A stretch of 64,000 nt of DNA from Methylotenera sp. (GCA_046595335.1 JBKJOT010000109.1:21006-85005); one strand, 5' to 3'; counted from the stretch's first letter, positions 1-11,647 are shown. Numbers and translations are program-made. Notes: a model not told the origin generated them from the sequence alone.

Positions 1-470
1 CGGTAGGCCGCGCAGCTGGTGCAGTGGTTGAAGAGGTACGCCGTCAATTCCGTGACATCAAAGGCATTATGGAGGGCACAGCTAAACCGGAATATGGCAA
101 AGCAGTGGATATGCTGACTACAGCCGCTATTAAAGAAATGATGATTCCATCACTATTACCGGTAGCCGTTCCTGTAGCCGTAGGTTTAATTCTTGGGCCC
201 GTAGCGCTAGGCGGATTACTCATGGGTACCATCGTGACGGGCTTATTCGTTGCCATCTCTATGTGTACGGGTGGTGGTGCATGGGACAATGCCAAGAAAT
301 ATATTGAAGATGGTAATCATGGTGGTAAAGGTTCAGAGGCGCATAAAGCTGCTGTGACCGGCGATACCGTGGGTGATCCGTATAAAGACACAGCAGGCCC
401 GGCAGTGAACCCATTAATTAAAATTATCAATATTGTGGCTTTACTGATTGTGCCCTTGTTACATTTATAA
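1..470 (+). CDS. hppA: Membrane H+-translocating pyrophosphatase, C-terminal fragment (5' end lies outside the window)
   Basis: The reading frame is open from base 3. The translation ...[16 protein letters not shown]...[29 protein letters not shown] is the conserved C-terminal region of V-type membrane PPases. The GTG at 24 in the ORF track is internal. Confidence 0.9.
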   Translation, partial: VGRAAGAVVEEVRRQFRDIKGIMEGTAKPEYGKAVDMLTTAAIKEMMIPSLLPVAVPVAVGLILGPVALGGLLMGTIVTGLFVAISMCTGGGAWDNAKKYIEDGNHGGKGSEAHKAAVTGDTVGDPYKDTAGPAVNPLIKIINIVALLIVPLLHL

Positions 471-491
471 TCCCTAAAGTTTCACGCAAAC

Positions 492-521
492 AAAAGGGCA
501 GCCTAGGCTGCCCTTTTGTTT
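492..521. terminator. Bidirectional rho-independent terminator between convergent hppA and ppa
   Basis: GC-rich hairpin GGGCAGC-CTAG-GCTGCCC, flanked by an A-run on one side and a T-run on the other. Confidence 0.7.
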
Positions 522-533
522 TGTAATTAAATC

Positions 534-1082
534 TTAGAAAGCTGGTTTTACCTTTGCTTTATTGAAGTTATCCACACCGTCTAGGATTTCTTTTCTGGCA
601 GCATCAATATCACCCCAGCCATTGATCTTGACCCATTTACCTACATCCAGGTCTTTATAGTGCTCAAAGAAATGAGAGATCATTTCCAAGCGCCATGCTG
701 ATAAATCTGAATAGCTTTTTAGGTGACCGTACAAACGGCATACTTTTTCTACCGGCACGGCTAACACTTTTGCATCAAGACCAGCTTCATCTTCCATCAA
801 TAACACGCCTAATGGACGGCAACGTACTACCACACCTGGAATCAATGGCACCGGTGTCATGACCAGCACGTCTACCGGATCGCCATCATCCGCCAAGGTG
901 TGCGGCACATAACCGTAGTTGGTTGGGTATTGCATAGATGTACCCATGAAACGGTCAACAAAAATCGCGCCGCTTTCTTTGTCCACTTCGTATTTAACAG
1001 GATCACCCTGCATTGGGATTTCAATAATCACATTGAAATCATTAGGTACATCTTTACCGGTTGGCACTTGATTTAACGACAT
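534..1082 (-). CDS. ppa: Soluble inorganic pyrophosphatase (family I)
   Basis: 182 aa. The motifs IEIP...YEVDKESG...VDR...YPxNYG...DGDPVDVLV are typical of family I PPases. Confidence 0.95.
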   Translation of the reverse strand: MSLNQVPTGKDVPNDFNVIIEIPMQGDPVKYEVDKESGAIFVDRFMGTSMQYPTNYGYVPHTLADDGDPVDVLVMTPVPLIPGVVVRCRPLGVLLMEDEAGLDAKVLAVPVEKVCRLYGHLKSYSDLSAWRLEMISHFFEHYKDLDVGKWVKINGWGDIDAARKEILDGVDNFNKAKVKPAF

Positions 1083-1153
1083 TTCTTAATTCCTAGCTGA
1101 AAACAATAATTTTGAGGCGCAATTATAACGCAAGCGGCAGGGCTTTTTATCTG

Positions 1154-1438
1154 TTAGTCCGTGGCAATTTGGCTACGACAGTCGTCAATCACCTGCTGGG
1201 GTGTGCATTTGAGGGCACAATAAAGTAGAAAAGGGATGATCACAACTTCATCCAATTGGCCCAACACGGGGATAAAGTCAGGAATTAGGTCGAAAGGTAG
1301 CAGAAGGTAACCCATGGCCAGCCATAGAAAAAATTTAGCGCTTTTAGGAGTTTGCGGGTGACTCTGCAAGCGTTTATAAAATTCAAATTCTGATTTTAGC
1401 TTTGCTGCAATGTCTTTTATTTTCTGGCGTAAGCTCAT
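1154..1438 (-). CDS. DUF1232 (YkvA-like) small membrane protein
   Basis: 94 aa. The LPFDLIPDFIPVLGQLDE motif is characteristic of DUF1232. Only 9 nt separate it from purC, so the two are probably co-transcribed. Confidence 0.7.
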   Translation of the reverse strand: MSLRQKIKDIAAKLKSEFEFYKRLQSHPQTPKSAKFFLWLAMGYLLLPFDLIPDFIPVLGQLDEVVIIPFLLYCALKCTPQQVIDDCRSQIATD

Positions 1439-1447
1439 ATAAGTTAA

Positions 1448-2347
1448 TTAAACCAGTTCAAGTTTTTTTCCGGTAAGTTTTTCAAACGCTTCCATATATT
1501 TTTCCGATGTACGCTGCGCTACATCAGCAGGTAATGTCGGTGCTGGTGCAGTCTTATTCCACCCACAGGCTTCTAACCAATCACGCACATACTGTTTATC
1601 GTAACTCGGCGGGTTTTTACCAACGGCATAACTTTCTGCAGGCCAAAAACGTGAGGAATCAGGCGTCAGCACTTCATCCATTACATGCAACACACCATTG
1701 CTATCTAAGCCAAATTCAAACTTAGTATCGGCAATGATAATACCGCGAGTAAGTGCATACTCCGCAGCTTGGGTATAAAGTGCAATCGCTACTTTGGCCA
1801 CTTGGTCTGCCATATCATTGCCAATCAAATGGGCGCATTGTTCTAAGCTTATATTCTCATCATGCTCACCCACCGCCGCTTTGCTGGATGGCGTAAAAAT
1901 CGGTTCCGGTAACTTGGAAGCTTCCTGCAAACCGGCTGGCAATTGAATGCCGCACACGGTTCCTTTGGCTTTGTATTCTTTCCAGCCGCTACCAACTAAA
2001 TAACCACGCACAATGGCTTCAATCGGCAAGGCTTTGAGTTTTTTAACGACCACTGCGCGGCCTGTCACTTGGCTTTGTTCTTCTCTAGCCACTACTAAGG
2101 CTGGATCAATACCGGTTAAGTGATTAGGCACCACATTTTGTAGTTTTTTGAACCAGAAGTTGGCCATCTGCGTCAGCATGGCGCCTTTATTGGCAATGCC
2201 GGTAGGCAAAATAACATCGAAAGCGGAAAGCCTATCAGTGCTGACTAATAGCATAGTTTTGTCATCAATGTCGTAGATATCACGCACCTTGCCTTGATGG
2301 ATACGTTTTAAGCTTTTAATGCTGGTTTCTAGTAAAGGTTGGCTCAT
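1448..2347 (-). CDS. purC: Phosphoribosylaminoimidazole-succinocarboxamide (SAICAR) synthase
   Basis: 299 aa. GKVRDIY...STDRLSAFD...ADTKFEFG motifs of the long-form PurC. Confidence 0.95.
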   Translation of the reverse strand: MSQPLLETSIKSLKRIHQGKVRDIYDIDDKTMLLVSTDRLSAFDVILPTGIANKGAMLTQMANFWFKKLQNVVPNHLTGIDPALVVAREEQSQVTGRAVVVKKLKALPIEAIVRGYLVGSGWKEYKAKGTVCGIQLPAGLQEASKLPEPIFTPSSKAAVGEHDENISLEQCAHLIGNDMADQVAKVAIALYTQAAEYALTRGIIIADTKFEFGLDSNGVLHVMDEVLTPDSSRFWPAESYAVGKNPPSYDKQYVRDWLEACGWNKTAPAPTLPADVAQRTSEKYMEAFEKLTGKKLELV

Positions 2348-2432
2348 GATGCGGTTCGGTTAAGTTGACTCAACATTTTACCAGATTGATACCTTGATTA
2401 TCGCTACAACCATTTGAGATTATTTATCACAC

Positions 2433-3866
2433 TTATTTTTCACGATGTTCGCCAATCTTGATAATTTTCAAGGTATTGGTCCCACCCGGACTGCCAATCG
2501 GTTCGCCAAAAGTCAATATGACCATATCACCGTTTTCCACGACCTTTTGCTCTAGCAATACCTGCTCCATTTCATGCAGAATCTCGTCGCGGTTCTTATT
2601 CTCCTGCTCAATAGGAAAAGGATATACGCCACGATGTAATGTCAATTTTCGCCGGGCATATTTATCCGGCGATAGCGCATAAATTGGTACTTCCGCATCT
2701 GCACGGGACAACCATTGGGCTGCGTTGCCAGATTGTGTGAGCGCCGCTATGGCGTGCACTTTCATGTGCTTTGCAGTGTAGATGGCTGCAGCGGCTACAG
2801 ATTCATCCGTTCTCGTCAAAATATCCGGCTGATGCACACGGTATTGGCTGTAATATTCTTTTTCGGCTTCCAAAGCGATACGATGCACGGCCTGCACGGT
2901 TTCCAGCGGATATTGCCCCGCCGCGGTTTCCGCAGAAAGCATCACGGCATCAGTGCCATCCAGCACTGCATTGGCCACATCGGAGACCTCAGCACGCGTT
3001 GGTATCGGGCTGGTAATCATGGACTCCATCATTTGCGTTGCGGTGATTACCAGTTTATTTTGTGCCCGCGCCATGCGAATCATGCGCTTTTGCAGGCCTG
3101 GAACGGCTGCATCGCCCACTTCCACACCTAAATCACCGCGCGCTACCATAATGGCATCAGAAGCATCGATGATCGCTTCCAGATTATCAATGGCTTCAGC
3201 ACGCTCAATCTTGGCGACGATACTCGCCGTACCACCCGCTTTTTTAATCAGTTTACGCGCTAACTCCACATCGGCTGCGGATTTAGGAAAAGAAATAGCG
3301 ATATAATCCGCCTCAAGCGCTACCGCCGTTTTAATATCTTCACGGTCTTTTGGGGTCAGCGCGTCTGCCGATAAACCGCCCCCCTGGCGGTTGATGCCCT
3401 TGTTATTACTTAATACCCCGCCACTCAATACTACACAGTGGATCTGGTTACCTTTAACTCTATCCACCTGCATGGTAATACGACCATCATCCAGTAGTAG
3501 CACAGTACCTTCGCGAACTTCCTGTGGCAAGTCTGTATAGTCCAAGCCGACTTCATATTGATTGCCTAGCTCGCAATCAGCATCCAGCACAAAAATATCG
3601 CCGGTTTTCAGCGTGATTTTGCCTAGCTCGAATTTACCTATCCTGATTTTTGGACCTTGTAAGTCACACAGCACGCCTACAGGACGTCCGAGTTTTAATG
3701 CAATGCTACGCACAATATCAGCACGGTTGATGTGGTCTATTGCTGCTCCATGAGAAAAATTCAAGCGCACCACATTGACACCAGCCGTGATCATGCGCGC
3801 CAGCATTTCTTCACTACTCGATGAAGGCCCGAGGGTTGCAACGATTTTTGTTTTTCTTAAATTCAC
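2433..3866 (-). CDS. pyk: Pyruvate kinase
   Basis: 477 aa. TKIVATLGPSS, NFSHG and MVARGDLGVE motifs. Confidence 0.95.
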   Translation of the reverse strand: MNLRKTKIVATLGPSSSSEEMLARMITAGVNVVRLNFSHGAAIDHINRADIVRSIALKLGRPVGVLCDLQGPKIRIGKFELGKITLKTGDIFVLDADCELGNQYEVGLDYTDLPQEVREGTVLLLDDGRITMQVDRVKGNQIHCVVLSGGVLSNNKGINRQGGGLSADALTPKDREDIKTAVALEADYIAISFPKSAADVELARKLIKKAGGTASIVAKIERAEAIDNLEAIIDASDAIMVARGDLGVEVGDAAVPGLQKRMIRMARAQNKLVITATQMMESMITSPIPTRAEVSDVANAVLDGTDAVMLSAETAAGQYPLETVQAVHRIALEAEKEYYSQYRVHQPDILTRTDESVAAAAIYTAKHMKVHAIAALTQSGNAAQWLSRADAEVPIYALSPDKYARRKLTLHRGVYPFPIEQENKNRDEILHEMEQVLLEQKVVENGDMVILTFGEPIGSPGGTNTLKIIKIGEHREK

Positions 3867-3892
3867 GTATTTACCTTAATTCGTTAATCGAA

Positions 3893-3918
3893 AACAAAAA
3901 AGGGGCTAAAAGCCCCTT
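3893..3918 (-). terminator. Rho-independent terminator or attenuator downstream of pgk
   Basis: Hairpin AGGGGCT-AAA-AGCCCCT, followed on the minus strand by a T-run (the A-run at 3891-3900 on plus). Confidence 0.6.
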
Positions 3919-3940
3919 TTGCCATGGAGTTGTTGGGCCG

Positions 3941-5128
3941 TCAATCAATCACATTCGCTCGCGATTCCAAGATTTCCACTGCCGGTAGTTTTTTACCTTC
4001 CAAGAATTCTAAAAATGCACCACCAGCAGTAGAGATATACGACACTTTGTCATAGATATCATATTTTTGTATGGCGGCAATCGTATCACCGCCACCTGCC
4101 AGTGTGAACGCTTTAGTATTAGCAATGGCATGTGCAATGGTTTTTGTGCCTTCACCAAACTGGTCAAACTCGAACACACCTACTGGGCCATTCCAAACTA
4201 CGGTACCAGCATCTTTAATGATCTCTGCTATTTCATTAGCAGATTTCGCGCCAATATCGAAAATCATATCGTCTGCTTCCACAGCAGCCACGTCTTTCTT
4301 GATTGCCGGCTCATTTGCATCAAACTTTTTACCGCAAACAACATCCACTGCAATTGGCACTGCTGCTCCTCGCGCTGACATTTTCGTCATCAATGCACGC
4401 GCAGTGGGCACCAAATCATCTTCACATAAAGATTTCCCTACTTCATTCCCAGCAGCTTTTAAGAAAGTATTGGCGATACCGCCGCCAACAACCATCTGGT
4501 CAACTTTCTCTGCCAAACTTTCTAATACTGTTAACTTAGTAGAGACTTTACTACCACCTACAATTGCTACCATAGGGCGCGCAGGACTTAATAACGCTTT
4601 GGTAAGCGCATCTAACTCGTTTACTAATAAAATGCCTGCGGCAGCTATAGGCGCGAATTTAGCTACACCATGCGTAGAAGCTTCGGCACGGTGTGCCGTA
4701 CCAAACGCATCCATCACGAATATGTCACAAAGTTTGGAATATTTTTGTGACAATTCATTGGCACTCTTTTTTTCGCCCGTATTAAATCGACAGTTTTCGA
4801 GAATCACTAGTTCACCGGAAGCCACTTCAAAATTTCCATCCACCCAATCTTTAATCAAGCGCACCGGCTTACCCAATTTTGCGGAAATAACATCAACGAC
4901 TGGTTTGAGTGAGTTTTCTTCTGAATAAACACCTTCTTCAGGACGACCTAAATGCGAAGTTACCATCACTTTTGCACCTTTAGAAAGCGCGTATTCAATG
5001 GTTGCCATGGAAGCTGTGATACGGGCATCGGAAGTTACCTTGCCATCTGCAACCGGTACGTTCAGGTCGGCACGAATTAGCACCCGCTTGCCGCTTAAAT
5101 CCAGATCAGTCATTTTAATAACGTTCAT
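3941..5128 (-). CDS. pgk: Phosphoglycerate kinase
   Basis: [25 protein letters not shown] is the canonical PGK N-terminus. I place the start at ATG 5128 rather than the ORF-track start at 5200, giving 395 aa. Confidence 0.95.
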   Translation of the reverse strand: MNVIKMTDLDLSGKRVLIRADLNVPVADGKVTSDARITASMATIEYALSKGAKVMVTSHLGRPEEGVYSEENSLKPVVDVISAKLGKPVRLIKDWVDGNFEVASGELVILENCRFNTGEKKSANELSQKYSKLCDIFVMDAFGTAHRAEASTHGVAKFAPIAAAGILLVNELDALTKALLSPARPMVAIVGGSKVSTKLTVLESLAEKVDQMVVGGGIANTFLKAAGNEVGKSLCEDDLVPTARALMTKMSARGAAVPIAVDVVCGKKFDANEPAIKKDVAAVEADDMIFDIGAKSANEIAEIIKDAGTVVWNGPVGVFEFDQFGEGTKTIAHAIANTKAFTLAGGGDTIAAIQKYDIYDKVSYISTAGGAFLEFLEGKKLPAVEILESRANVID

Positions 5129-5269
5129 TCTTAATCTACTTTCTTTAAGAAAACTCATTGATTGAGATGCAGTGCAAGGCGCGAGGAACGCATAGCCCAA
5201 GACAGTACATCAAGTACGGCGCAGGGCTAGAGTACCGAAGTAACACAGCAATGCGCTCAAACATGAGTT

Positions 5270-6289
5270 TTATTTAGCTGCCATCATGGCAACTGCATTA
5301 TCTAACATGCGACAACTAAACCCCCACTCATTGTCATACCAGGCGCAAACCTTTACCAACATGCCATCCTTGGTGACTTTGGTTAAAGTCGCATCAAAGT
5401 TCGAAGAATAAGAAGTGTGGTTGTAATCTATAGATACCAGCGGCGCCTCGTTATAGGACAAAATACCCTTCAACGCACCTTTGCTGGCCGCCTCATGCAT
5501 GATGTGGTTCACTTCTTCCTTAGTCGTAGGACGGGAAGGCGTAAAAGTTAAATCTACTAAAGAGACGTTAAGTGTAGGGACGCGAATCGCAAAACCATCC
5601 AATTTACCGTTCAATTCCGGCAATACCAAGCCTACTGCCGCTGCAGCGCCGGTTTTAGTTGGAATTAGCGAAGTAGTCGCAGAACGTGCACGGCGCATAT
5701 CAGTATGATGTGCATCCGTTAATACTTGGTCATTGGTATAAGAGTGAATCGTATTCATTAGACCATTTACGATACCGATTTTCTCATGCAAGGGCTGAAC
5801 CATGGGCGCCAGGCCGTTAGTTGTGCAAGAGGCATTGGAGATTACGGTATCACTGGCTTTGATAACTTTATGGTTAACACCATATACCACTGTCGCATCA
5901 ACATCGGTTCCACCTGGGGCTGACAGCAATACTTTCTTAGCACCTGCATCAATATGTGCTTGTGATTTGGCTTTGCTGTTAAATGCACCAGTACATTCCA
6001 TAACAATATCAATAGCCAATTCTTTCCATGGCAATTCAGCCGGGTTGCGCGTCGAAAAAGTTTTAATCTTATGGCTATTGATAATCATGTCATCGCCATC
6101 GACCCCCACTTCAAATGGGAAACGGCCATGAGCGCTATCGTAACGAGTCAAATGTGCATTGGATTCAGCATCACCGCCAGTACTATTGATCGCCACAATC
6201 ACTATATCTTTACGACCCGACTCATACAAAGCACGCAAGACCATACGTCCGATACGCCCATAACCATTGATTGCCACACGAATTGCCAT
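5270..6289 (-). CDS. gap: Type I glyceraldehyde-3-phosphate dehydrogenase
   Basis: 339 aa. INGYGRIGR Rossmann motif, SNASCTTN active-site motif and WYDNEWG C-terminal motif. Confidence 0.9.
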   Translation of the reverse strand: MAIRVAINGYGRIGRMVLRALYESGRKDIVIVAINSTGGDAESNAHLTRYDSAHGRFPFEVGVDGDDMIINSHKIKTFSTRNPAELPWKELAIDIVMECTGAFNSKAKSQAHIDAGAKKVLLSAPGGTDVDATVVYGVNHKVIKASDTVISNASCTTNGLAPMVQPLHEKIGIVNGLMNTIHSYTNDQVLTDAHHTDMRRARSATTSLIPTKTGAAAAVGLVLPELNGKLDGFAIRVPTLNVSLVDLTFTPSRPTTKEEVNHIMHEAASKGALKGILSYNEAPLVSIDYNHTSYSSNFDATLTKVTKDGMLVKVCAWYDNEWGFSCRMLDNAVAMMAAK

Positions 6290-6333
6290 GATATTTCCTA
6301 TTTCTATATGATTAAACTTAATTACTAGCGGTG

Positions 6334-6366
6334 GAAAAAATAAGGCACCTCAACTGAGGTGCCTTA
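6334..6366 (-). terminator. Rho-independent terminator downstream of tkt
   Basis: 10-bp stem AAGGCACCTC-AACT-GAGGTGCCTT, followed on the minus strand by TTTTTT. Confidence 0.7.
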
Positions 6367-6394
6367 TTAACTAGCTAAGTAAACTACTAGAGAA

Positions 6395-8377
6395 TTAAAG
6401 CACCGATTTAACCGTTGCTACGACGTTCTCTACAGTAAAGCCGAAATGTTTCATCAACACGCCACCTGGTGCAGATTCACCAAATGTGTCGATACCAACA
6501 ACAGCGCCTTCTAAACCTACATATTTACGCCAGAAGTCAGTGACACCAGCTTCAACAGCCACGCGTTTTACGCCTGGTGTTAATACGCTGTCTTTGTAAG
6601 CTTTATCTTGACGGTCAAATACGTTGGTTGATGGCATTGAAACTACACGCACTTTAGTACCAGCAGCATTCAATTCAGCTGCGGCTTTAACAGCCAATTC
6701 AAGCTCAGAACCGTTAGCGATAATGATGACTTGCGCACCAGCAACATCTGATAACACATACCCACCTTTGCGCATTAAAGCGAATTGTGCAGCATCATGT
6801 TTCATACCGGCTACGTTTTGACGACTCAATACCAAACTTGAAGGACCATCTTTACGCTCAATAGCAGCTACCCAAGACACAGCAGTTTCAGTTGAACTAC
6901 CTGGACGCCATACATCCATATTTGGAATATAGCGTAAACCAGCAGTATTTTCGATTGGTTGATGGGTTGGACCATCTTCACCTTGACCGATGGAGTCATG
7001 CGTTAACACAGCGATAGTACGTTGTTTCATCAATGCAGCCATACGCAATGCGCTTTTTGCATAGTCAGAGAACATATGGAATGTACCGCCGAATGGAATC
7101 AAACCACCGTGCAATGCCATACCGTTCATGATTGCAAACATACCGAATTCACGTACACCGTATGAAATGTAGTTACCTGGTTTTTTAGCATCAACGTGTA
7201 CGAAGCTACCTGTTGAAGTTAAGTTAGAACCCGTTAAGTCAGCTGAACCGCCCAAGAACTCTGGCAATAATGGTGCTAATGCGCCGATAACGTTTTGTGA
7301 TGCTTTACGTGTTGCAACGCCTTCAGCTTTTTCGTTAGTTGCAGCGATGATTGCATTCGTTGTTTCTACCCAGTTAGCTGGCAAGTCACCCGCCATGCGG
7401 CGCTTATATTCTGCTGCTTCAGCTGGGAAAGCTTTAGCGTACGCATCAAATTTAACATCCCATGAAGATTCAGCAGCAGCGCCTTTAGCAGTTGCATCCC
7501 AACCATCATATACGTCTTGTGGGATTACAAATGGCTCGTGGTTCCAGCCGATATTTGCACGTGTCGCAGCAACTTCAACGTCACCTAATGCAGAACCGTG
7601 GCAATCATGTGAACCTGATTTGTTTGGTGAACCCATACCAATAACTGTTTTACAGCAGATCAATGATGGTTTGTCAGTTACTTTCTTAGCGGCAGCAATT
7701 GCAGCGCCGATAGCAGCAACATCATGACCATCTACTGACTGAACGTGCCAGCCATATGATTCAAAACGTTTAGCTGTGTCATCTGTATACCAACCTTCGA
7801 TATGACCATCGATAGAAATTCCGTTGTCATCCCAGAATGCTGTTAATTTGCCCAGGCCCCAAGTACCAGCCAGTGCACAAGCTTCGTGAGAAACGCCTTC
7901 CATCATACAGCCGTCACCCAAGAACACGTACGTGCTATGGTCAACGATGTCATGGCCTGGTTTGTTGAATTGGTGTGCCAATAATTTCTCAGCCATCGCA
8001 AAGCCAACACCGTTAGCAATACCTTGGCCTAATGGACCTGTAGTAGTTTCAACGCCTGGCGCATAACCGTATTCCGGGTGACCAGCACATTTTGAATGCA
8101 ATTGACGGAAGGTCTTGATTTCATCCATTGGCAATGCGTAACCTGTGAGGTGCAACAATGAATAGATCAACATTGAACCGTGGCCATTTGAAAGCACGAA
8201 ACGATCGCGGTTAGTCCAAGATGGGTTTTTCGGGTTATGAACCAAATGGTTGTTCCATAGTTCTTCAGCAATCTCTGCCATGCCCATAGGCGCACCTGGG
8301 TGGCCTGAGTTCGCTTTTTGTACCGCATCCATAGACAACGCACGGATTGCGTTAGCTAGGTCTTTACGTGTTGCCAT
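6395..8377 (-). CDS. tkt: Transketolase
   Basis: [23 protein letters not shown] and [15 protein letters not shown] motifs. ATG 8377 is preceded by AGGGAG; the ORF-track start at 8392 is a TTG lying inside that RBS. Confidence 0.95.
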   Translation of the reverse strand: MATRKDLANAIRALSMDAVQKANSGHPGAPMGMAEIAEELWNNHLVHNPKNPSWTNRDRFVLSNGHGSMLIYSLLHLTGYALPMDEIKTFRQLHSKCAGHPEYGYAPGVETTTGPLGQGIANGVGFAMAEKLLAHQFNKPGHDIVDHSTYVFLGDGCMMEGVSHEACALAGTWGLGKLTAFWDDNGISIDGHIEGWYTDDTAKRFESYGWHVQSVDGHDVAAIGAAIAAAKKVTDKPSLICCKTVIGMGSPNKSGSHDCHGSALGDVEVAATRANIGWNHEPFVIPQDVYDGWDATAKGAAAESSWDVKFDAYAKAFPAEAAEYKRRMAGDLPANWVETTNAIIAATNEKAEGVATRKASQNVIGALAPLLPEFLGGSADLTGSNLTSTGSFVHVDAKKPGNYISYGVREFGMFAIMNGMALHGGLIPFGGTFHMFSDYAKSALRMAALMKQRTIAVLTHDSIGQGEDGPTHQPIENTAGLRYIPNMDVWRPGSSTETAVSWVAAIERKDGPSSLVLSRQNVAGMKHDAAQFALMRKGGYVLSDVAGAQVIIIANGSELELAVKAAAELNAAGTKVRVVSMPSTNVFDRQDKAYKDSVLTPGVKRVAVEAGVTDFWRKYVGLEGAVVGIDTFGESAPGGVLMKHFGFTVENVVATVKSVL

Positions 8378-8747
8378 TGCTATCTCCCTCAAAAATTAAC
8401 TTAATCAAACGCATGATTTGTAGATTGACTCTTACAGCAAACCTTACAAAACCTAGATTGAATTCTTCAAAAAGCCGACTCTAATGATCGGTTTTTTACA
8501 AAGGTTAAATTATTGCTTAGATAGCCTTTTTCGGCAAGTAGAACATCAGCATATGGGTACATATGGACTAAAGCAAACCATAATAGAACACTGTTTTAAA
8601 CTTAACTCTTACCAGAGTGCTAATTAATATGGTCGGAAAATTCCTACACCAATTTCAGAACTCGCCTCTTAGATTAATTCCTCACCTCACTAAAATAGTG
8701 TCTGTGTTTTACACAAACTCCAATTTTTTAAAAAAAGGAATCATATT

Positions 8748-9053
8748 ATGAAAGCAAATCTAACTAGTCTTTTACTTATCGGTGCTTTAGCTATGCCTGT
8801 GGCTGTATTTGCAGCAGATGGCGATTCTGTAAAAACTGAATTAAGCGACAGTGTAATTACTACTAAAGTAAAAGCAGAATTTGCCAAAGATAAAGCTGTT
8901 AGCGCTACTCATGTATCTGTAGATACAGATAATAAAGGTGTAGTGACATTATCAGGCAAAGCTAAAACTAAAGCTGAAGCTGAGAAAGCAGTGAGCATCG
9001 CTAAAAATACTAAAGGCGTAACTTCTGTTAAAAACGAGATCGTTGTTGAATAG
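8748..9053 (+). CDS. Small periplasmic BON-domain protein (OsmY-like)
   Basis: 101 aa. Signal peptide MKANLTSLLLIGALAMPVAVFA, followed by a single BON-like segment (TKVKAEFAKDKAV...VTLSGKA...AKNTKGVTSVKNEI). Confidence 0.8.
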   Translation: MKANLTSLLLIGALAMPVAVFAADGDSVKTELSDSVITTKVKAEFAKDKAVSATHVSVDTDNKGVVTLSGKAKTKAEAEKAVSIAKNTKGVTSVKNEIVVE

Positions 9054-9130
9054 TTTATAGCTTGAAAATAGTTCTACCCCTTTATTCTGTTTATCTCCAA
9101 AGTTAACAGCTAGATTAAGGGTAACGCTAT

Positions 9131-9158
9131 CACGGGGCAATTGCCCCGTGTTTTATTT
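9131..9158 (+). terminator. Rho-independent terminator after the BON gene
   Basis: Perfect palindrome CACGGGGCAATTGCCCCGTG followed by TTTTATTT. It lies between convergent genes. Confidence 0.65.
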
Positions 9159-9176
9159 GTAAATCGTATATAGCTT

Positions 9177-10211
9177 TTATATTGCTTCCAGAACCATTTC
9201 AATCGCTTTGCAATTTGCTTTGGCATCTGCAAACGTCAAGTAAGGCGCTTTACCATTCAATACACAATCGCTGAAATGCTCGATCTCTAAAGTGAAATGG
9301 TTGCTTGGAGCGAAACGTTCTTCAGCGTATTTACCATCTTCAAGCGCCCAGGAAACGACCGGAACATCATTCTGAAACACCCAAGCGGCGTGGCACTTGA
9401 CCCACCCCTTGGTGCCGATAATTTCGTACTCTGATTTCCTGCTACGCTCAAAACTGATATCAAAATGACCAAAGCGTGCTCGACCTTCTTTATCCGGCCC
9501 AAAATCCAGCACACCGCTGGTAACGATATCTGCGTTGTGTTCATTCAATTTAGCATGTGCAATTACTGATATCGGCTCTGCTGGCATACTACTTTCTTGT
9601 CCATTGCGCAGACCCATAGCCCATCTGAGCGAATGGATAGCGTATGGGCCAATATCCCACATTGCACCGCCGCCATCTGCCATGCTACGGTTAATACGGT
9701 ACATGCGCGCCGGACGCATCATGAATGAGTAGCTCGCACGCGCAGAGAGCACATCACCAATCAAACCGGATTCCACAATTTCTTTTACACGGGCATGTTG
9801 CGGATGAAAGCGGTACATAAAGCCTTCCATCACCTTCACCTTCTTCTTAGCTGCTGCAACTTCAAGGGTCGCGATATCTTTTACCGTAAGTGCCATCGGT
9901 TTTTCAATCAGCACATGCTTACCAGCATTAATGGCCTTTAGCGCCCATGCTGCATGTTCTTCGTTCGCCATTGGGCAATAAACTGCCTGCACATTGTTAT
10001 CGTTAATCAACGATTCCATATCGTCATAACATTGCACACCATTGGCATTACAAGGTGCATATTTCAGCAATGTTTCTTTGGCTACGCCTGCACGGCGACT
10101 GGCAATGGCCACTAGTTCGGAATTAGAGGCTTCTACAATTGCCGGTAGTAGGCGCTCATTTACACGTGCTGCGCCCAGAATGCCCCAGCGTAATTTAGGA
10201 GTTTCAGCCAT
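9177..10211 (-). CDS. Gfo/Idh/MocA family NAD(P)-dependent oxidoreductase
   Basis: 344 aa. N-terminal LRWGILGAARV Rossmann motif and the EKP motif (HVLIEKPMA) of this family. Confidence 0.8.
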   Translation of the reverse strand: MAETPKLRWGILGAARVNERLLPAIVEASNSELVAIASRRAGVAKETLLKYAPCNANGVQCYDDMESLINDNNVQAVYCPMANEEHAAWALKAINAGKHVLIEKPMALTVKDIATLEVAAAKKKVKVMEGFMYRFHPQHARVKEIVESGLIGDVLSARASYSFMMRPARMYRINRSMADGGGAMWDIGPYAIHSLRWAMGLRNGQESSMPAEPISVIAHAKLNEHNADIVTSGVLDFGPDKEGRARFGHFDISFERSRKSEYEIIGTKGWVKCHAAWVFQNDVPVVSWALEDGKYAEERFAPSNHFTLEIEHFSDCVLNGKAPYLTFADAKANCKAIEMVLEAI

Positions 10212-10778
10212 TTATATTGACTCTTCCGCAAACCATTTGATGCTACAGCCTATGCTGGCGATTTGCTGAGCTGGCCCCTTGCCGGTTTCAGCAATTAATT
10301 TCATCGCATCAAACAGGTCATGCGGATTATTCATCGGCGGCTCGCCACGGCCTGCTGCATCAAACCGGCCACGGTATTGCAGCTCTAAATTGGCGTTAAA
10401 CCCGAAGAAATCAGGCGTGCAAACGGCACCATAAGCTTTTGCAACTTCCTGAGTGTCATCCAACACATATGGAAATGAAAAGTCATACATGTTGGCTTCT
10501 TCGATCATGCGCTCGTAGGAGTCTTCCGGATAGTTTTCAGTATCGTTACTTTGGATAGCAATCGTCTTAATGCCGTATTTCAAGAGCTCGCGACAATCGG
10601 CCACCAGGCGCGTCTTAATTGCTTTTACATAGGGACAGTGATTACAGATAAACATGACCAACAGGCCATTTTTCCCTGCACTGTTGGCTAAAGAATATCG
10701 TTTGCCATCAGTGCCTAACAAATTGAAATCTGTTGCAAGCTGGCCAAAATTACAGACTGGTGGGTTTAAACTAGCCAT
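10212..10778 (-). CDS. Thioredoxin-fold (AhpC/TSA-like) protein with a CxxC motif
   Basis: 188 aa. The LLVMFICNHCPYV motif is typical of this thioredoxin-family group. It abuts the downstream oxidoreductase gene with no gap. Confidence 0.75.
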   Translation of the reverse strand: MASLNPPVCNFGQLATDFNLLGTDGKRYSLANSAGKNGLLVMFICNHCPYVKAIKTRLVADCRELLKYGIKTIAIQSNDTENYPEDSYERMIEEANMYDFSFPYVLDDTQEVAKAYGAVCTPDFFGFNANLELQYRGRFDAAGRGEPPMNNPHDLFDAMKLIAETGKGPAQQIASIGCSIKWFAEESI

Positions 10779-10900
10779 TTTCTTCTCCTTGCCATTTTTA
10801 TGGCAGTAACATTTTTTATTGTAGTAACTTGGTTATACTTATTGCCTAATCGATATGTTTATATTATCACTTTCTAGTTTGCACTTGATACATTCTATTC

Positions 10901-11647
10901 ATGGCTAATTTACGCTTTTATACTAATCATTCACTCGCTATCGGCAACACCTTCCAGCTTTCTGAAAGTGCGGCTACACACGCCACCAAGGCCCTGCGCT
11001 TAAATGTGGGCGATAGTGTAACTGTGTTCAATGGCAACGGCTTTGATTACCCCTGCGAGCTTATTGATATTCAAAAAAATAAGGTAATGGCTAGTGTTAC
11101 GAGTTCACTTAATATAGACAATGAATCGCCGTTAAATATCACTTTATTACAGGCAATTTCCAGTGGTGACCGCATGGATTTCACCATCCAAAAAGCCGTT
11201 GAGCTCGGTGTGACAAGAATCCAGACGATTACCAGCCAGCGTAGCGTGGTAAAGCTTTCGGCAGAGCGTGCGGAGAAACGTACCGAGCATTGGCAGAACG
11301 TTGCGATATCTGCCTGCGAACAATCGGGACGGGCATTTGTCCCCACGGTAAGTGCCCCACTTAGTTTTGGTAATCTGTTTTTACACTTGGCTAAAGTTGC
11401 CAAAGCTGATGCCTGCAAGATTACTTTGGCCCCGGATGCCACACATACGCTACATACAATGCCCAAGCCTAGCGGCGAAATCTACCTACTCATAGGCGCT
11501 GAAGGTGGCCTAACCAATGAAGAGATATCCTTGTCCATTACCCATGGATTCCAGGCTATCTTAATGGGACCGCGTATCTTGCGTACTGAAACTGCTGCAT
11601 TAACCGCCATAGCCTCCATGCAAACCCTGTGGGGCGACTTTAAATAG
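10901..11647 (+). CDS. rsmE: 16S rRNA (uracil1498-N3)-methyltransferase
   Basis: 248 aa. N-terminal PUA-like region (RFY...HATKALRL..GDSV.VFNG) and C-terminal SPOUT motifs (IGAEGGLT..E...LGPRILRTETAA). Confidence 0.9.
   Translation: MANLRFYTNHSLAIGNTFQLSESAATHATKALRLNVGDSVTVFNGNGFDYPCELIDIQKNKVMASVTSSLNIDNESPLNITLLQAISSGDRMDFTIQKAVELGVTRIQTITSQRSVVKLSAERAEKRTEHWQNVAISACEQSGRAFVPTVSAPLSFGNLFLHLAKVAKADACKITLAPDATHTLHTMPKPSGEIYLLIGAEGGLTNEEISLSITHGFQAILMGPRILRTETAALTAIASMQTLWGDFK

Noticed and set aside
492-521. Similarity between the terminators at 492-521 and 50571-50600 (both GGCAGC-yTAG-GCTGCC), considered as a possible dispersed repeat family
   Set aside because: There are only two copies, both short, and both function plausibly as ordinary intrinsic terminators at gene ends. 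That is not enough evidence for a REP-like element.
4071-4928. 285-aa plus-strand ORF, plus similar ones at 4067-4378 and 4303-4539
   Set aside because: They lie entirely antisense within pgk, whose product has unmistakable conserved motifs. The translations are low-complexity (Ser/Ala/Thr-rich), with no start context. These are shadow ORFs.
8393-8747. A 355-bp intergenic region between tkt and the BON gene, inspected for an sRNA, small ORF or riboswitch
   Set aside because: It contains only very short ORFs without RBS and one weak hairpin (about 8473-8496). It is most simply a divergent promoter region.
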